Shown here one piece after another: positions 52,477-64,000 of a DNA stretch of 64,000 bases. Every line of letters starts with the position of its first letter. Within the stretch, counting starts at the first letter, position 1. The DNA is from Octopus sinensis (taxonomy: Eukaryota), in the NCBI RefSeq assembly GCF_006345805.1, contig NC_043002.1, positions 7,006,001 through 7,070,000 of the forward strand, given 5' to 3'. Made by a program: the position numbers and the translations under genes. The notes under the pieces are model-generated. The model ran no database searches, was not told where the DNA came from, and saw nothing but the letters and a program-made list of their open reading frames with translations.

Positions 52477-52791
52477 GTGTTCCAGTTGATCCGATCAACT
52501 GAAAAGCCTGCTGGTGAAATTAACGTGCAAGTGGCTGAGCACTCCACAGACACGTGTACCCTTAACGTAGTTCCCTGGAAGATTCAACGTGACACAGGGT
52601 ATGACAAAGCTGGCCCTTTGAAATACAGGTACAACAGAAACAGGAACAAAGAGTGAGAGAAAGTTGTGAGAGAAAGAGTACTGTGGGGCATCGTGGAGCT
52701 TTAGGTGTTTTCACTCAATAAACACTCACAATGCCGGTCCTGGGAATCGAAGTCGCGATCTGCTGCCCTAACCACTGGGCATTGCGCCTCC
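52477..52791 (-). mobile_element. tRNA-derived SINE family D
   Basis: GGAGGCGCAATGCCCAGTGGTTAGGGCAGC head, TTCGATTCCC B-box; head shared with 54638. Confidence 0.8.
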
Positions 52792-52820
52792 CCACACACA
52801 CACACACACACATACACACA

Positions 52821-52851
<31 letters not shown>

Positions 52852-52894
52852 CACCACACATATATATATATATAATATATATATAATATATATT

Positions 52895-53061
52895 GTTAAT
52901 CCAAATAAGAAAACACAGAAAAAAACACAGCAACGCGAGGACGTGGAACAATTAAAGTATTATTTGACGCTCAGGAAAGAAGGGAAGGAGGGTTTAACGT
53001 TTCGTCGGAAACAAAGGAGAAGGAAAGATCCCGAGAAGGGAAGACAGAGGAAAGAAAATGT
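52895..53061 (-). mobile_element. Hammerhead-motif element subfamily 2 with stem II deleted
   Basis: GTTTAACGTTTCGTCGGAAAC = 14 nt deletion between TTCG repeats; TA-rich flanks. Confidence 0.8.
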
Positions 53062-53305
53062 TTATATATATATATATAGTAAATTGGGTAATCATTGCAG
53101 CTCACAGCTCTTGAGTTCAAAATGCCTCCAACTATTTTGACTCAGGTCTTTGCATTTCTTCCTATCAGTATCAATAAGTTACCAGGTCCTTTTATTTATC
53201 GCTTTCTTTTTAACTATCTATCTAGTTATGCAAGAAATATCCTACAGTCAAATCAGGACCAGCTGTATATTAGGATAGAGCTCTTGCGACAGCGTGAGCA
53301 CATGA

Positions 53306-53306
53306 C

Positions 53307-53337
<31 letters not shown>

Positions 53338-53545
53338 TGTATGTATGTATGTATGTATGTATGTATGTATGTATGCATGTATGTATGTATGTATGTATGT
53401 ATGTTTTATGTATGTATGTATGTATGTTTTATGTATGTATGTATGTATGTATGTATGTATGTTTTATGTATGTATTATGTATGTATGTATGTATGTATGT
53501 ATGTATGTATTATGTACGTACGTGTGTATGTATGTATGTATGATA
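53306..53545. repeat. (TATG)n array
   Basis: Direct reading. Confidence 0.95.
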
Positions 53546-54637
53546 TATGCTCTTTCTGTTTTTAATTATTTAAATGTTTCCCACGGAGGAAGAATCTTGT
53601 TCCTAACAAAGATAAAAAATCTCCATCGTTGGAATGGACATAAAAACTATGTCACAGTTTAAACTTAAGAAAAGTCTTGCATTTCTTTACTGTTCCACTA
53701 ACAGATTGTATATATATATATGTATATATGTATATATATATATATATATATATCTATATATATATATACATATAGTAAAAGGCAATCATTGCAGCTCACA
53801 GCTCTTGAGTTCAAAATGCCTCCAACTATTTGGACTCAGATCTTTGCATTTCGTCCTATCATATTTATAATTTGTTCTGAAAAACTACTATATCTACATG
53901 GTGCTGCTTGTGGAACTGAATCTGTAATCAACTGTTTGCGAAGTTGATTGCCTGCATATAATTAGAGTTGACGATCAAATAGTCACTATTTCAATTTATT
54001 TCCTATTCTTTTCTTTTCTTTTATTATTATTTTCTGTTATTATTATTATTATAGCAAGATTAAATAGATCAAATTACGTAATTCCTTTCATGCAAAAATT
54101 CTGCTATCATCCAGTCATGTAAATTTTATTGCGAGCTAACTAACGTACCTAATGCACAAATTTGAATGTAATTTTAAAGCAGTTGATATTGCATACATAG
54201 TACGAAAAGCCTTAGCGCTAATGACAATTCTTGCCCTAGGAACCAATTTAGAGAACTCCGACATGTCTATGGAGATAAGTACATACATAAATATTTCAGA
54301 ATCACAGAGTTATACAAAGCTATTCAGACGCAACGGATTGATGTAGTTTTAGATAAACTAAACCCGAAAGAAAAACACGGCCATCCCCATGAAAATCCAG
54401 ACCATGTGTTGCATGGATAGGTCCGATTGTGATACAAGAGATCACCATGTAAAGTGATTCAAAGAGAGCATAAAGCGTTTTACCTGTTGTACGTTATGGG
54501 CAGGTCGGTTTTTTGGCAAAGCCATTGTCAAGTGGGTTGGTAAAAAAAAATCAGACCAGTAAAATCGGTGTAGGAAATGTCAACTAACCTGAAATATCAA
54601 GTGAAATGAGTAAGTGAAGTGGATTAGTTCTAACTGT

Positions 54638-54905
54638 GGAGGCGCAATGGCCCAGTGGTTAGAGCAACGGACTCGTGGTCGAGGGATCGCGGGGTCGAAA
54701 CTCAGACCGGATGTTGTGTGTGTTTATGAGCGAAACACCTAAACTCCATGCGGCTCCGGCTGAAGGTAATGGCGAAACTTCTGCTGACTCTTTCGCCACA
54801 ACGTTCTCTCAGTCTTTCCTCCTGCATGTTGCAGCTCCCGTCCAGGTGGGGAACCTATACGCCGGGAAACCGGCCCTTATGAGCCAGGCATGACTCGAGA
54901 AGGAA
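54638..54905 (+). mobile_element. tRNA-derived SINE, family D-type head
   Basis: GGAGGCGCAATGGCCCAGTGGTTAGAGC...GTGTTTATGAGCGAAACACCTAAACTCC. Confidence 0.78.
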
Positions 54906-55091
54906 AAAAAAAGTTCTGCCTGTAACGGAAACGTGCTTACAGAGTTGGCTTGCCAAGAACTTACTACCACTGAAATTATTGTACATATGTGGTGGATTCT
55001 CTCATCGTAAACGATAGATGAGTATTCTGCGACTTGCTGAACAACTTGTATGCATGATTTGTTCATAGTGGTCAAATGTTTATGCATTACA

Positions 55092-55270
55092 TTAAACCGC
55101 TCTCTCCGTCAAATCGACATTACCTGCACAGGTGCAATGAAGTAATCGCAGGACAACGGGGAATGAAGTGTTTTGCTCAAAAATATAAAGCACTGGCCGG
55201 TCCGGGGAAACGAAAGCATGATCCCTTGGTCGTATAGGCAACACTCTAGCCACTAAGGCATCTACCTTCA
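55092..55270 (-). mobile_element. Diverged tRNA-derived SINE
   Basis: GCCTTAGTGGCTAGAG A-box-like; TTGAGCAAAACACTTCATT core-like. Confidence 0.55.
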
Positions 55271-55278
55271 CACATATA

Positions 55279-55393
55279 TTATTCTTTATTGCCCACAAGG
55301 GGCTAAACATAGAGGGGACAAACAAGGACAGACAAAGGGATTAAGTCGATTACATCGACCCCAGTGCGAAACTGGTACTTTACATCGACCCCA
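55279..55393 (-). mobile_element. SINE family B 3' half
   Basis: GCCCACAAGGGGCTAAACATAGAGGGGAC... Confidence 0.85.
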
Positions 55394-55941
55394 CCTTCAC
55401 GCATATAATGTAACATCTATTTATGCAAGTGAAAAGTCCCAGAAAAAAATATGAAAGGAGATTGTCTACGAAAGTAAAAAGATTCGATAATGGCTGCCTT
55501 CCCAGTTAAGATATTGTAGTGAAGCAAGGCTTTTTTGGAGAAACCAGTTTCTACTGAGGTGTCAAGGCAAGCTCGCTTAATATATGCTAGACGTGTTAAT
55601 GGACACGGTGGTACCAAATATAGTTTTAACGACAGGTTTTGATTGAATGATCCCCGTTTCTATCATCACGTCGTCATCACAACGATCGTATTCAGTATCA
55701 TAGACGATATCATCATCACCAGCAGCATCAAGTCAGGATCTGTTTCAACAGCAGCACGATGGTACTGTGTGCTTCGTGTTTTTCTACTTCCTTCTTACCT
55801 TCTTTTTACTTCTTTTTTTCTTCCTCTCCATCAAATTTCAAATCTATTATCCACGACGTTACAGAGACGACAGCTGTAACTGAGCATTATCTATAGTTAA
55901 ACAGGCATTTGGGACATTCAATGAGAACAATCATATAAGCA

Positions 55942-55981
<40 letters not shown>

Positions 55982-56233
55982 TGTACACATGAATGCTTAC
56001 GTATACATGCACATACATATGAATTATTTATGTGTCTGTATATATATATATATATGTGTGTGTGTGTATGTGCGTGTGTTTAATGTGTATGTAATGTGTG
56101 TGCTTATGTTTTTAAACACTGTAAATGCCCAACAGGTAGTCGGCCGTATGAATTTAACTTTTACGAGTTTGTCATTTTAGCAGCTGGGGAAAACGAACCT
56201 CAAATATATATATGTATAAATTCATCTATACAT

Positions 56234-56300
56234 AGATGAATATATATTTATATGTACATATACATACATACATACATACATACATACATACATACATACA

Positions 56301-56333
<33 letters not shown>

Positions 56334-57463
56334 TCAGACATTTAGTGTGTGTTTGTATGAATGTGTTGATGAATATATGTGAATAGATGAATATATAGAT
56401 GAATATATATCTATATGTACATATTTATACATAGATAATACATATTTATACATAGATAATACATAAATGCATACATGCATACATACATACATACATACAT
56501 ACATACATACATACATTACATACATACATACATGCATACATACATACATACATCATATATACATACATACATACATACATACATACATACATACATACAT
56601 AAATGCATACATATACATACATCCTACATACATACAATACATACATACATACATACATACATACATACATACATAAATGCATACATACATACATACATAC
56701 ATACAATACATACATAACAATGCATACATACATACATACATACATACTACATACATACATACATAAATGCATACCATACATACATACATACATACATACA
56801 TACATACATACATACATACATGCAATACATACATACATACATACATACATACATACATAAATGCATACATACATACATACATACATACATACATACAACA
56901 TACATCATACATACATACATACATACATACATACATACATACATACATACATAATACATAAATGCATACATACATACATACATACATACATACATACATA
57001 CATACATAACATACATACATACATACATCATACATAACATACATAACATACATACATACATACATACATACATACATACATACTACATACATAAAACATG
57101 CATACAAACATGCATACATACTACATACATACATACATACACATACATACATACATACTACATACTACATACATACATACATACATACATACAAACATAC
57201 ATACATCATACATACATGCATACTACCTACATACATACATACATACATACATACATACATGCATACAAACATGCATACATACATACATACATACATACAT
57301 ACATACATACATACATACATACATGCATGCATACATACATACATACATACATACATACATACATACATACATACATACATGCATACACACACACATACAT
57401 ACATACATACATATATACATACATATATTCAGACATTCAGTGTGTGTTTGTGTGAGTGTGTTG
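56234..57463. repeat. Local duplication with ~1 kb (CATA)n array
   Basis: Direct reading; unique-sequence borders are repeated. Confidence 0.9.
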
Positions 57464-57670
57464 AAGTGTTAAGTTATGCGTGTGTCGGTGTGTGGCCTTG
57501 TGTTTTCAACAAGGGACAATGAACATATGTAGAGAGTAGTCACACCATGAGGATCACCCAAATGAAAACGTATTAATATACATGAAATAATTATACCAAA
57601 ATGTTAGAGAAATTGTACATTACCCTGGCTGACGAAGAAAAATATGTTTGCTATTAAGTTACGTATTTTA

Positions 57671-57709
57671 TACAATACTCACATATACACATGCGCATAT
57701 ACATGTATG

Positions 57710-57748
<39 letters not shown>

Positions 57749-57969
57749 ATACATACATATATATATACGGATACACATACATATACATACACACATACAC
57801 ACACACACACAAACACACATATACAATACTCACATATACACATGCGCATATACATGTATATATATATATACACATACACATATATATACGTACACACATA
57901 CATATACATACACACACACAAACACACACATATACAATTCTCACATATACACTTGCGCATATACATGTA

Positions 57970-58002
<33 letters not shown>

Positions 58003-58070
58003 TATACGTACACGCATACATATACACACACATACACACAAACACACACATACAAAGACATATATACGTT
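57671..58070. repeat. Three-unit minisatellite in a CA/TA background
   Basis: TACAAT(A/T)CTCACATATACAC(A/T)TGCGCATATACATGTA at 57671, 57822 and 57933. Confidence 0.85.
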
Positions 58071-58946
58071 TATGTGATTGCGATATGTATGAAAATATAT
58101 GTGAATTTATATAAGAACACACACATGAGTGTGCGTGTGTAGGTGTATTTGTGTGTGCATGTGTGTCTGTGTGCGCCTACTCACATATACTCGATAGAAG
58201 TCTAGGAGTATGAACAGATAAATATGGTTGCCGTTTGTATTTTGTGTCCTTCAAAAACTTTAATTTTTATTAATATTTTTTTTTTGTTTTCTTGGCAGAA
58301 TTAGTTTGTGTGTTGTGTGCGGCCGCATATGTGCATGTGTATGTGTGAGCAAGTGTGAGTGTGTGGGGGTGCTGTCTGTCTGCAAGAGAGATAGTCAAGT
58401 GCATACTGACAAAGGCACAAAAAACGTGTCTTTCCATCTGTATGAATATGTATACAAAAGTGCTTACATACATGTATGTGTGGGAGTGTATTTCTGAGTG
58501 CATTTGAATGTGAGTAATGCAGTTTACATATCGTAATATATACATATTTAACATTTATAAATGGATCAGAGGAACATATTGTGTAGCAGCCGCGGGCGGT
58601 GACTCTTAACAGAATGAGTGGTAGGAATCATTTCATTAAAACCCGTTTATACGCCTGATTAAACTTTAAACGTAGTACAAAAAACTTGTATTGGCAAATA
58701 TCATAAAAACATTCACATACACTTATACACAGAAGTAAACACAAAATCCAATTACTTCACAGTGTAGTGACCGTTAACGAATGATTTTAAATGAAAAGAT
58801 GAACAACCATTACGCAAAGTACCTGAAATATATCTAAGGTACTTTACGATCGAACAGACAAAAGCATTTCCCGAGGTCTCCATTTCAGCTCTTCTTCGGC
58901 TAAATCTTTATTTGCTTATACACTCAGGCGAATGCCGATACATCCT

Positions 58947-58978
<32 letters not shown>

Positions 58979-59056
58979 TGTATGTATGTATGTATGTATG
59001 TATGTATGTATGTATTTATTTATATATATATATATAAAACAAAGTGAAGTTTTATA

Positions 59057-59088
<32 letters not shown>

Positions 59089-59089
<1 letters not shown>

Positions 59090-59274
59090 GGGAGAGTTTA
59101 CGAAAAAAGCAACAGAAGAAGACAGGTGGGGTACAAAACAAACAGATGTATTAGTATAACGCTCAGGAATAGAAAAAGTCTTTTACGTTTCGAGCCTACG
59201 CTCTTCTACAGAAAATGACACAGAAAAAACAATGAGAGAAACAAGGAGAGAAAAATGTGTGTAGTGGCTAACGA

Positions 59275-59280
<6 letters not shown>
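59089..59280 (-). mobile_element. Hammerhead-motif element subfamily 1, solo, (TA)n on both sides
   Basis: UUUU-CUGUAGA-A-GAGC(GUAG)GCUC-GAAAC-GUA-AAAG at 59215-59180. Confidence 0.85.
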
Positions 59281-59322
<42 letters not shown>

Positions 59323-60014
59323 GTGATGTGTCTCAGCGCTAATTCATAACTATATATACTACTGACGTACCCGTACAAAATGACGGGTTTGTTTGAGTAC
59401 AGTGAATTTTACTCAAGCAAACATTTGTTTAACCGTTTGTAAGTATATCTAGACTGTCATACCTGTCTCTGTTAACGCACTTCATAAAAAGAACACAATT
59501 ACTGACAAACGGCGGCGAAAGCTTTATCATAGATAATAGTTTTTTTTTAAGAACTGGTTTTAAACTGATATCAAAGAAAATTCCCCATCATCCAGTTACT
59601 TTGTAATTGATCTATTTTTTTTTCTAATTGATTTTTGCCAATCTACACGGGCTAATCAAACGCACATGCATCAGTTTTAAAATGTTTTCCTCTGTAAATC
59701 TCGAGACGAAGGGTCCCAATCCTAAAATATTGAAATACCAGGTAATAGTTCCAACCATGGACCTGTATTATTGGATATTATTTATAAAAACATATTTAAA
59801 ACATTTATCTATATAAATGCATGCATATATATATATACGTGTGTGTGTGTGAGTGTGTGTTTGTGTGTCTGTGTATGTGAGTGTGTATGTGAGTACAAAT
59901 GTATGTGTATATAGATACAGTTATATATTTATATACATACACACACACCACGACAACACACACACGCACACACACACGCACACACACACACACACACCCA
60001 CACACCACACACAC

Positions 60015-60054
<40 letters not shown>

Positions 60055-60058
<4 letters not shown>

Positions 60059-60194
60059 ATCCAAACAAGAAAGCACACAAAAAAAACCCGCGAAGACGTG
60101 GAACAAATATAATATTATTGGACGCTCAGGAAAGAAGGAAAGAAGGGGGGTTTAACGTTTCGAGCGGAACTCTTCATCGGAAACATAGGAGAAG

Positions 60195-60197
<3 letters not shown>
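60055..60197 (-). mobile_element. Hammerhead-motif element subfamily 2
   Basis: GUUU-CCGAUGA-A-GAGU(UCC)GCUC-GAAAC-GUU-AAAC at 60184-60150. Confidence 0.85.
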
Positions 60198-60243
<46 letters not shown>

Positions 60244-60458
60244 GGCGAGCTGGCAGAACCGTTAGCACGCCGGGCGAAATGCGTAGCCGTTTCCCTTTTA
60301 CTTGTGTTTCTCTTTTACCCCAGATGAAAGACTAACGCCCGTAACATTAGGAAATTCATTGATTTTCCTTTCTATGTTCTTTTGAGCTGATGGTGGGCTC
60401 ACACACACACACGCTCTCTTTCTCTCTCTCTCTTTATATATATATATATATATATATA

Positions 60459-60597
60459 GGTAAACAGTAAAAATAATTACAGACATGGACAAGAACATGA
60501 AACACCACAGAGACGACACAAGAACCACAGGACGGGACATTCGAAGCCCTCAGTCATCAGTCAAGAACCAGATCATCTTAGCAATTTCGGCTGATTA
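60459..60597 (-). repeat. Unclassified (TA)n-flanked element
   Basis: Non-microsatellite island between two (TA)n tracts; contains CTGATGA. Confidence 0.5.
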
Positions 60598-60615
60598 ATA
60601 TATATATATATATAT

Positions 60616-60798
60616 ATATTTCTTTATTGCCCACAAGGGGCTAAACATAGAGGGGACAAACAAGGTCAGACAGAGGTATTAAGGCGATTACATCGACCCC
60701 AGTGTGTAACTGGTACTTAATTTATCGACCCCGAAAGGATGAAAGGCAAAGTCGACCTCGGCGGAATTTGAACTCAGAACGTAACAGTAGACAAAATA
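60616..60798 (-). mobile_element. SINE family B, head-truncated, tandem copy 1
   Basis: Core and 3' end. Confidence 0.9.
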
Positions 60799-60799
60799 C

Positions 60800-61020
60800 A
60801 TATTTCTTTATTAACCACAAGGGGCTAAACACAGAGCGGACAAACAAGGACAGACATAGGTATTAAGTCGATTACATCGACCCCAGTGCGTAACTGGTAC
60901 TTAATTTATCGACCCCGAAAGGATGAAAGGCAAAGTCGACCTCGGCGGAATTTGAACTCACAACGTAACGCAGACAAAATACCGCTAACCATTCGCCGGG
61001 CGTGCTAACGATTCTGCCAC
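60800..61020 (-). mobile_element. SINE family B, tandem copy 2
   Basis: Near full length. Confidence 0.9.
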
Positions 61021-61508
61021 GCACACACACACACACGATGATGAAATTGCGTCGTAAAAATTGACGATGGTTTTAATTGTTACGGGAAATAGTGTATCTG
61101 TTGGAAACGTCTTGGAAAATCTTTGATAAATTTCTTATCTAAAATCTTTACACTTTCATCTTAGAATAAGTGTAAGACAATAATTCGTAATTGGGATGGT
61201 ATATTGTGATGGTGCATGCCGCACACAGGAAATAGGCTACGAGATATATAACTATATTGACTCTTGTACCATAAAAAAATGGAAGCTTTATACATACATA
61301 CATACATACATACATACATACATACATACATACATACATAAACACATATAAAACATCCAAAGGTATATATTTTCTCTCTGAAGATATGCTCAGGTCATTT
61401 GATTTTAATATTTAATTAATTCACTGAGTAAGAATTCAAACAGGTGTAAGGTGATTTATTTGTTATATATAACCCTCCAAATTAAAAGGATGAAATATAG
61501 TTCAACCT

Positions 61509-61552
<44 letters not shown>

Positions 61553-61787
61553 GAGCAAAATGCCCCCCTCCCGTCCAATGGACGGTGCTGAGTTGTCAAA
61601 CATTTAAGCCAAATTTTCTCAAAACAACTTGTCCCACCGTCCCATTGGCCTCCCCTTTGAGAAACACTGATTTAAACTAAATTTGAGACACCAGCAAAAG
61701 AAGAAAGAAAGATAAACTTTTTTTCCATTCCAAAGAAAAACCGAAAATATGCAACCGAAGAGTTTAATGTACTAGAAAAGTACATCA

Positions 61788-61997
61788 CAACAGCTGATGT
61801 ACTTGCGCGTACAAATGCACGTTCCCATGGCTTTATCGTTCGTATTCTCACCTGGAATCGATTTTTGTAATTTTTTGAAGACTTATACACGCCCGGATAC
61901 CGTCGGTATCTACATATCAAATTTGAGCGCAATCGGATGGAGGATGCCCGAGATCCTAGAAGACACACACAGAGACAGACAGAACGGATTTTATATA

Positions 61998-62000
<3 letters not shown>
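61788..62000 (+). mobile_element. Possible non-autonomous Helitron-like element
   Basis: CAGCTGATGTAC start; CATATCAAATTTGAGCGCAATCGG..ACAGAGACAGACAG..TTTATATA end, similar to Lep1-type elements. Confidence 0.4.
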
Positions 62001-62031
<31 letters not shown>

Positions 62032-62404
62032 TGTGTGTGTGTGTGTATTTATATATATATATTATATACACACACACATATTTGTTTGTTTATTACACTG
62101 AACGGATTACAGTTATAAAAATGTAATTCAAAATGATAATTCTATATTTATAAGAATTTTACAATATAAAATATGGAACAATTTATATCAAGTTGTCATC
62201 AGTGCAGCAGATATATCACAATATTCATAAAAACGAATATAAATATATAAAAAGTACGAATTCGCTCAAGATTTCATTGGTTTCCATACATATCAACTAG
62301 TAGCTTTAGATTCTCTTTATCTCTTGTCCTGCTTAAAGCAACATAAATTTAATGGGTTTTTTTTAACGTATTCTTCTTAGTTCACCCATTCTAGCACTTT
62401 CAGT

Positions 62405-62824
62405 GATCTTTTCGGTTTGAACGGCAGTTTTTAAAAATAATTTCCACGTAACTAAACACTCTTAAACTTCGTATACTGGTTGAATGTGTTTATTAAACAT
62501 CCTCTTCTCTTGGCTTTCTTGAGAAAATTCTATAGTTTGTAAGATATTTGTTGTTTTTTTTCTTCAATTTCTGCAATTTCAACCAATCAATGACATCTAT
62601 TGAGGTGAAAAACATTCTGTGCCGTATAAATATGTTCCTCGTTTAAAACAGATTGGGTTTATTTATATTACTGAAGAAAAAAGATACCCTTCTCCCCACA
62701 TCTAAACCTAACCCTAACCCTAAAACAGATTGAAATGCAATAGATCGATACTAGGGTCATAATTATGGGTGACAATTTCATATGACACCGCTAGAAAAAA
62801 CTGCCGTTGAAACCGAAAAGATCT
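62405..62824 (+). mobile_element. MITE, second copy of the 25503 family
   Basis: Same TIRs; perfect 8 bp TSD CTTTCAGT at 62397-62404 and 62825-62832; CCTAACCCTAACCCTAA inside. Confidence 0.9.
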
Positions 62825-63074
62825 CTTTCAGTCCCTCTTCTCCTATTTATGTTAGGACGGTGTGATAAATACCATAACTTTCCATTCACTTTCATTTAAC
62901 CTCTCCTGTCGTCACTCTCTCCCGTTTGATAGACTCCTGTTTCATAGTATCTCCTTACAGTGACTGCTAATAAATACGTATTGCTAATTATTATATGTGG
63001 GTCATATACGAATTCATCCATGTATATGTATGTGTCTGTGCGTGTGTGCGTGAGTGTAAATGCGTGTGTAAGTA

Positions 63075-63930
63075 TATATACATATATGTATATGTACTTA
63101 TATATGTATGTATACATAAATATATGTCGCTTATACATATGTATATATACATTTGCTTACAGACATATGTATATATACCTATACATTTGCATACATACAT
63201 ATATGTATATATATATAGATATGTGTATATGTACTTATATATGTATATATATATAAATATATGTCGCTTATACATATGTATATATATACATATATGAATA
63301 TGTACTTATATATGTATATATACATAAATATATGTCGCTTATACATATGTATATATATATACATTTGCATTCAGACATATGTATATATACCTATACATTT
63401 GCATACATACATGTATGTATAAATATATACATATATGTATATGTACTTATATATGTATATATACATAAATATATGTCGCTTATACATATGTATATATACA
63501 TTTGCATACATAAATGTATGTATATATATATACATATATGAATATGTACTTATATATGTATATATACATAAATATATGTCACTTATACATATGTCTATAT
63601 ACATTTGCATACAGACATATGTATATATACCTATACATTTGCATACATACATATATGTATATATATACATATATGTATATGTACTTATATATGTATATAT
63701 ACATAAATATATGTCGATTATACATATGTATATATACATTTGCTTACAGACATATGTATATATACCTATACATTTGCATACATACATGTATGTATATATA
63801 TATACATATATGGATATGTACTTATATATGTATATATACATAAATATATGTCGCTTATACATATGTATATATATACATTTGCATTCAGACATATGTATAT
63901 ATTTCTATATATTTGCATACATACATAGAT
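63075..63930. repeat. Higher-order minisatellite, unit ~135-141 bp
   Basis: ATATATGTCGCTTATACAT marker at 63126, 63263, 63334, 63475, 63578, 63713 and 63850. Confidence 0.9.
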
Positions 63931-64000
63931 ATATATACGCCCGCGCACGCACACTTACGCACGCGGGCACGCACACACACATACACACACACATATAATT

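Noticed and set aside
63075-63930. CRISPR-like repeat-spacer appearance
   Set aside because: The spacers are not unique, the context is eukaryotic, and there are no cas genes.

Overview
AT-rich, repeat-saturated animal genomic DNA; the SINE set and microsatellite load are consistent with an octopus (inference, no database search run). I recognise no host protein-coding gene, rRNA, true tRNA gene or CRISPR array, so the window looks intergenic or intronic. Nearly all ORF-track entries are microsatellite artefacts or transposon relics. Retroelement contents: at least four tRNA-derived SINE families; LINE relics of the RTE clade (one near full length, two with C-terminal C2H2 fingers), RTE-X, R4/Dong and L1/Tx1; a Penelope GIY-YIG fragment; and a probable decayed Gypsy pol. 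DNA transposon contents: maT, mariner and Tigger relics plus several MITEs. A 100-N gap is flanked by a ~2 kb duplication. The most notable observation is a family of ~190-210 bp non-coding elements associated with (TA)n tracts. At least three subfamilies (8 copies) carry a minimal type I hammerhead-ribozyme motif with covarying stems. One head-to-tail dimer could release a ~201 nt RNA. This resembles Penelope-terminal-repeat or retrozyme elements; ribozyme activity is untested.
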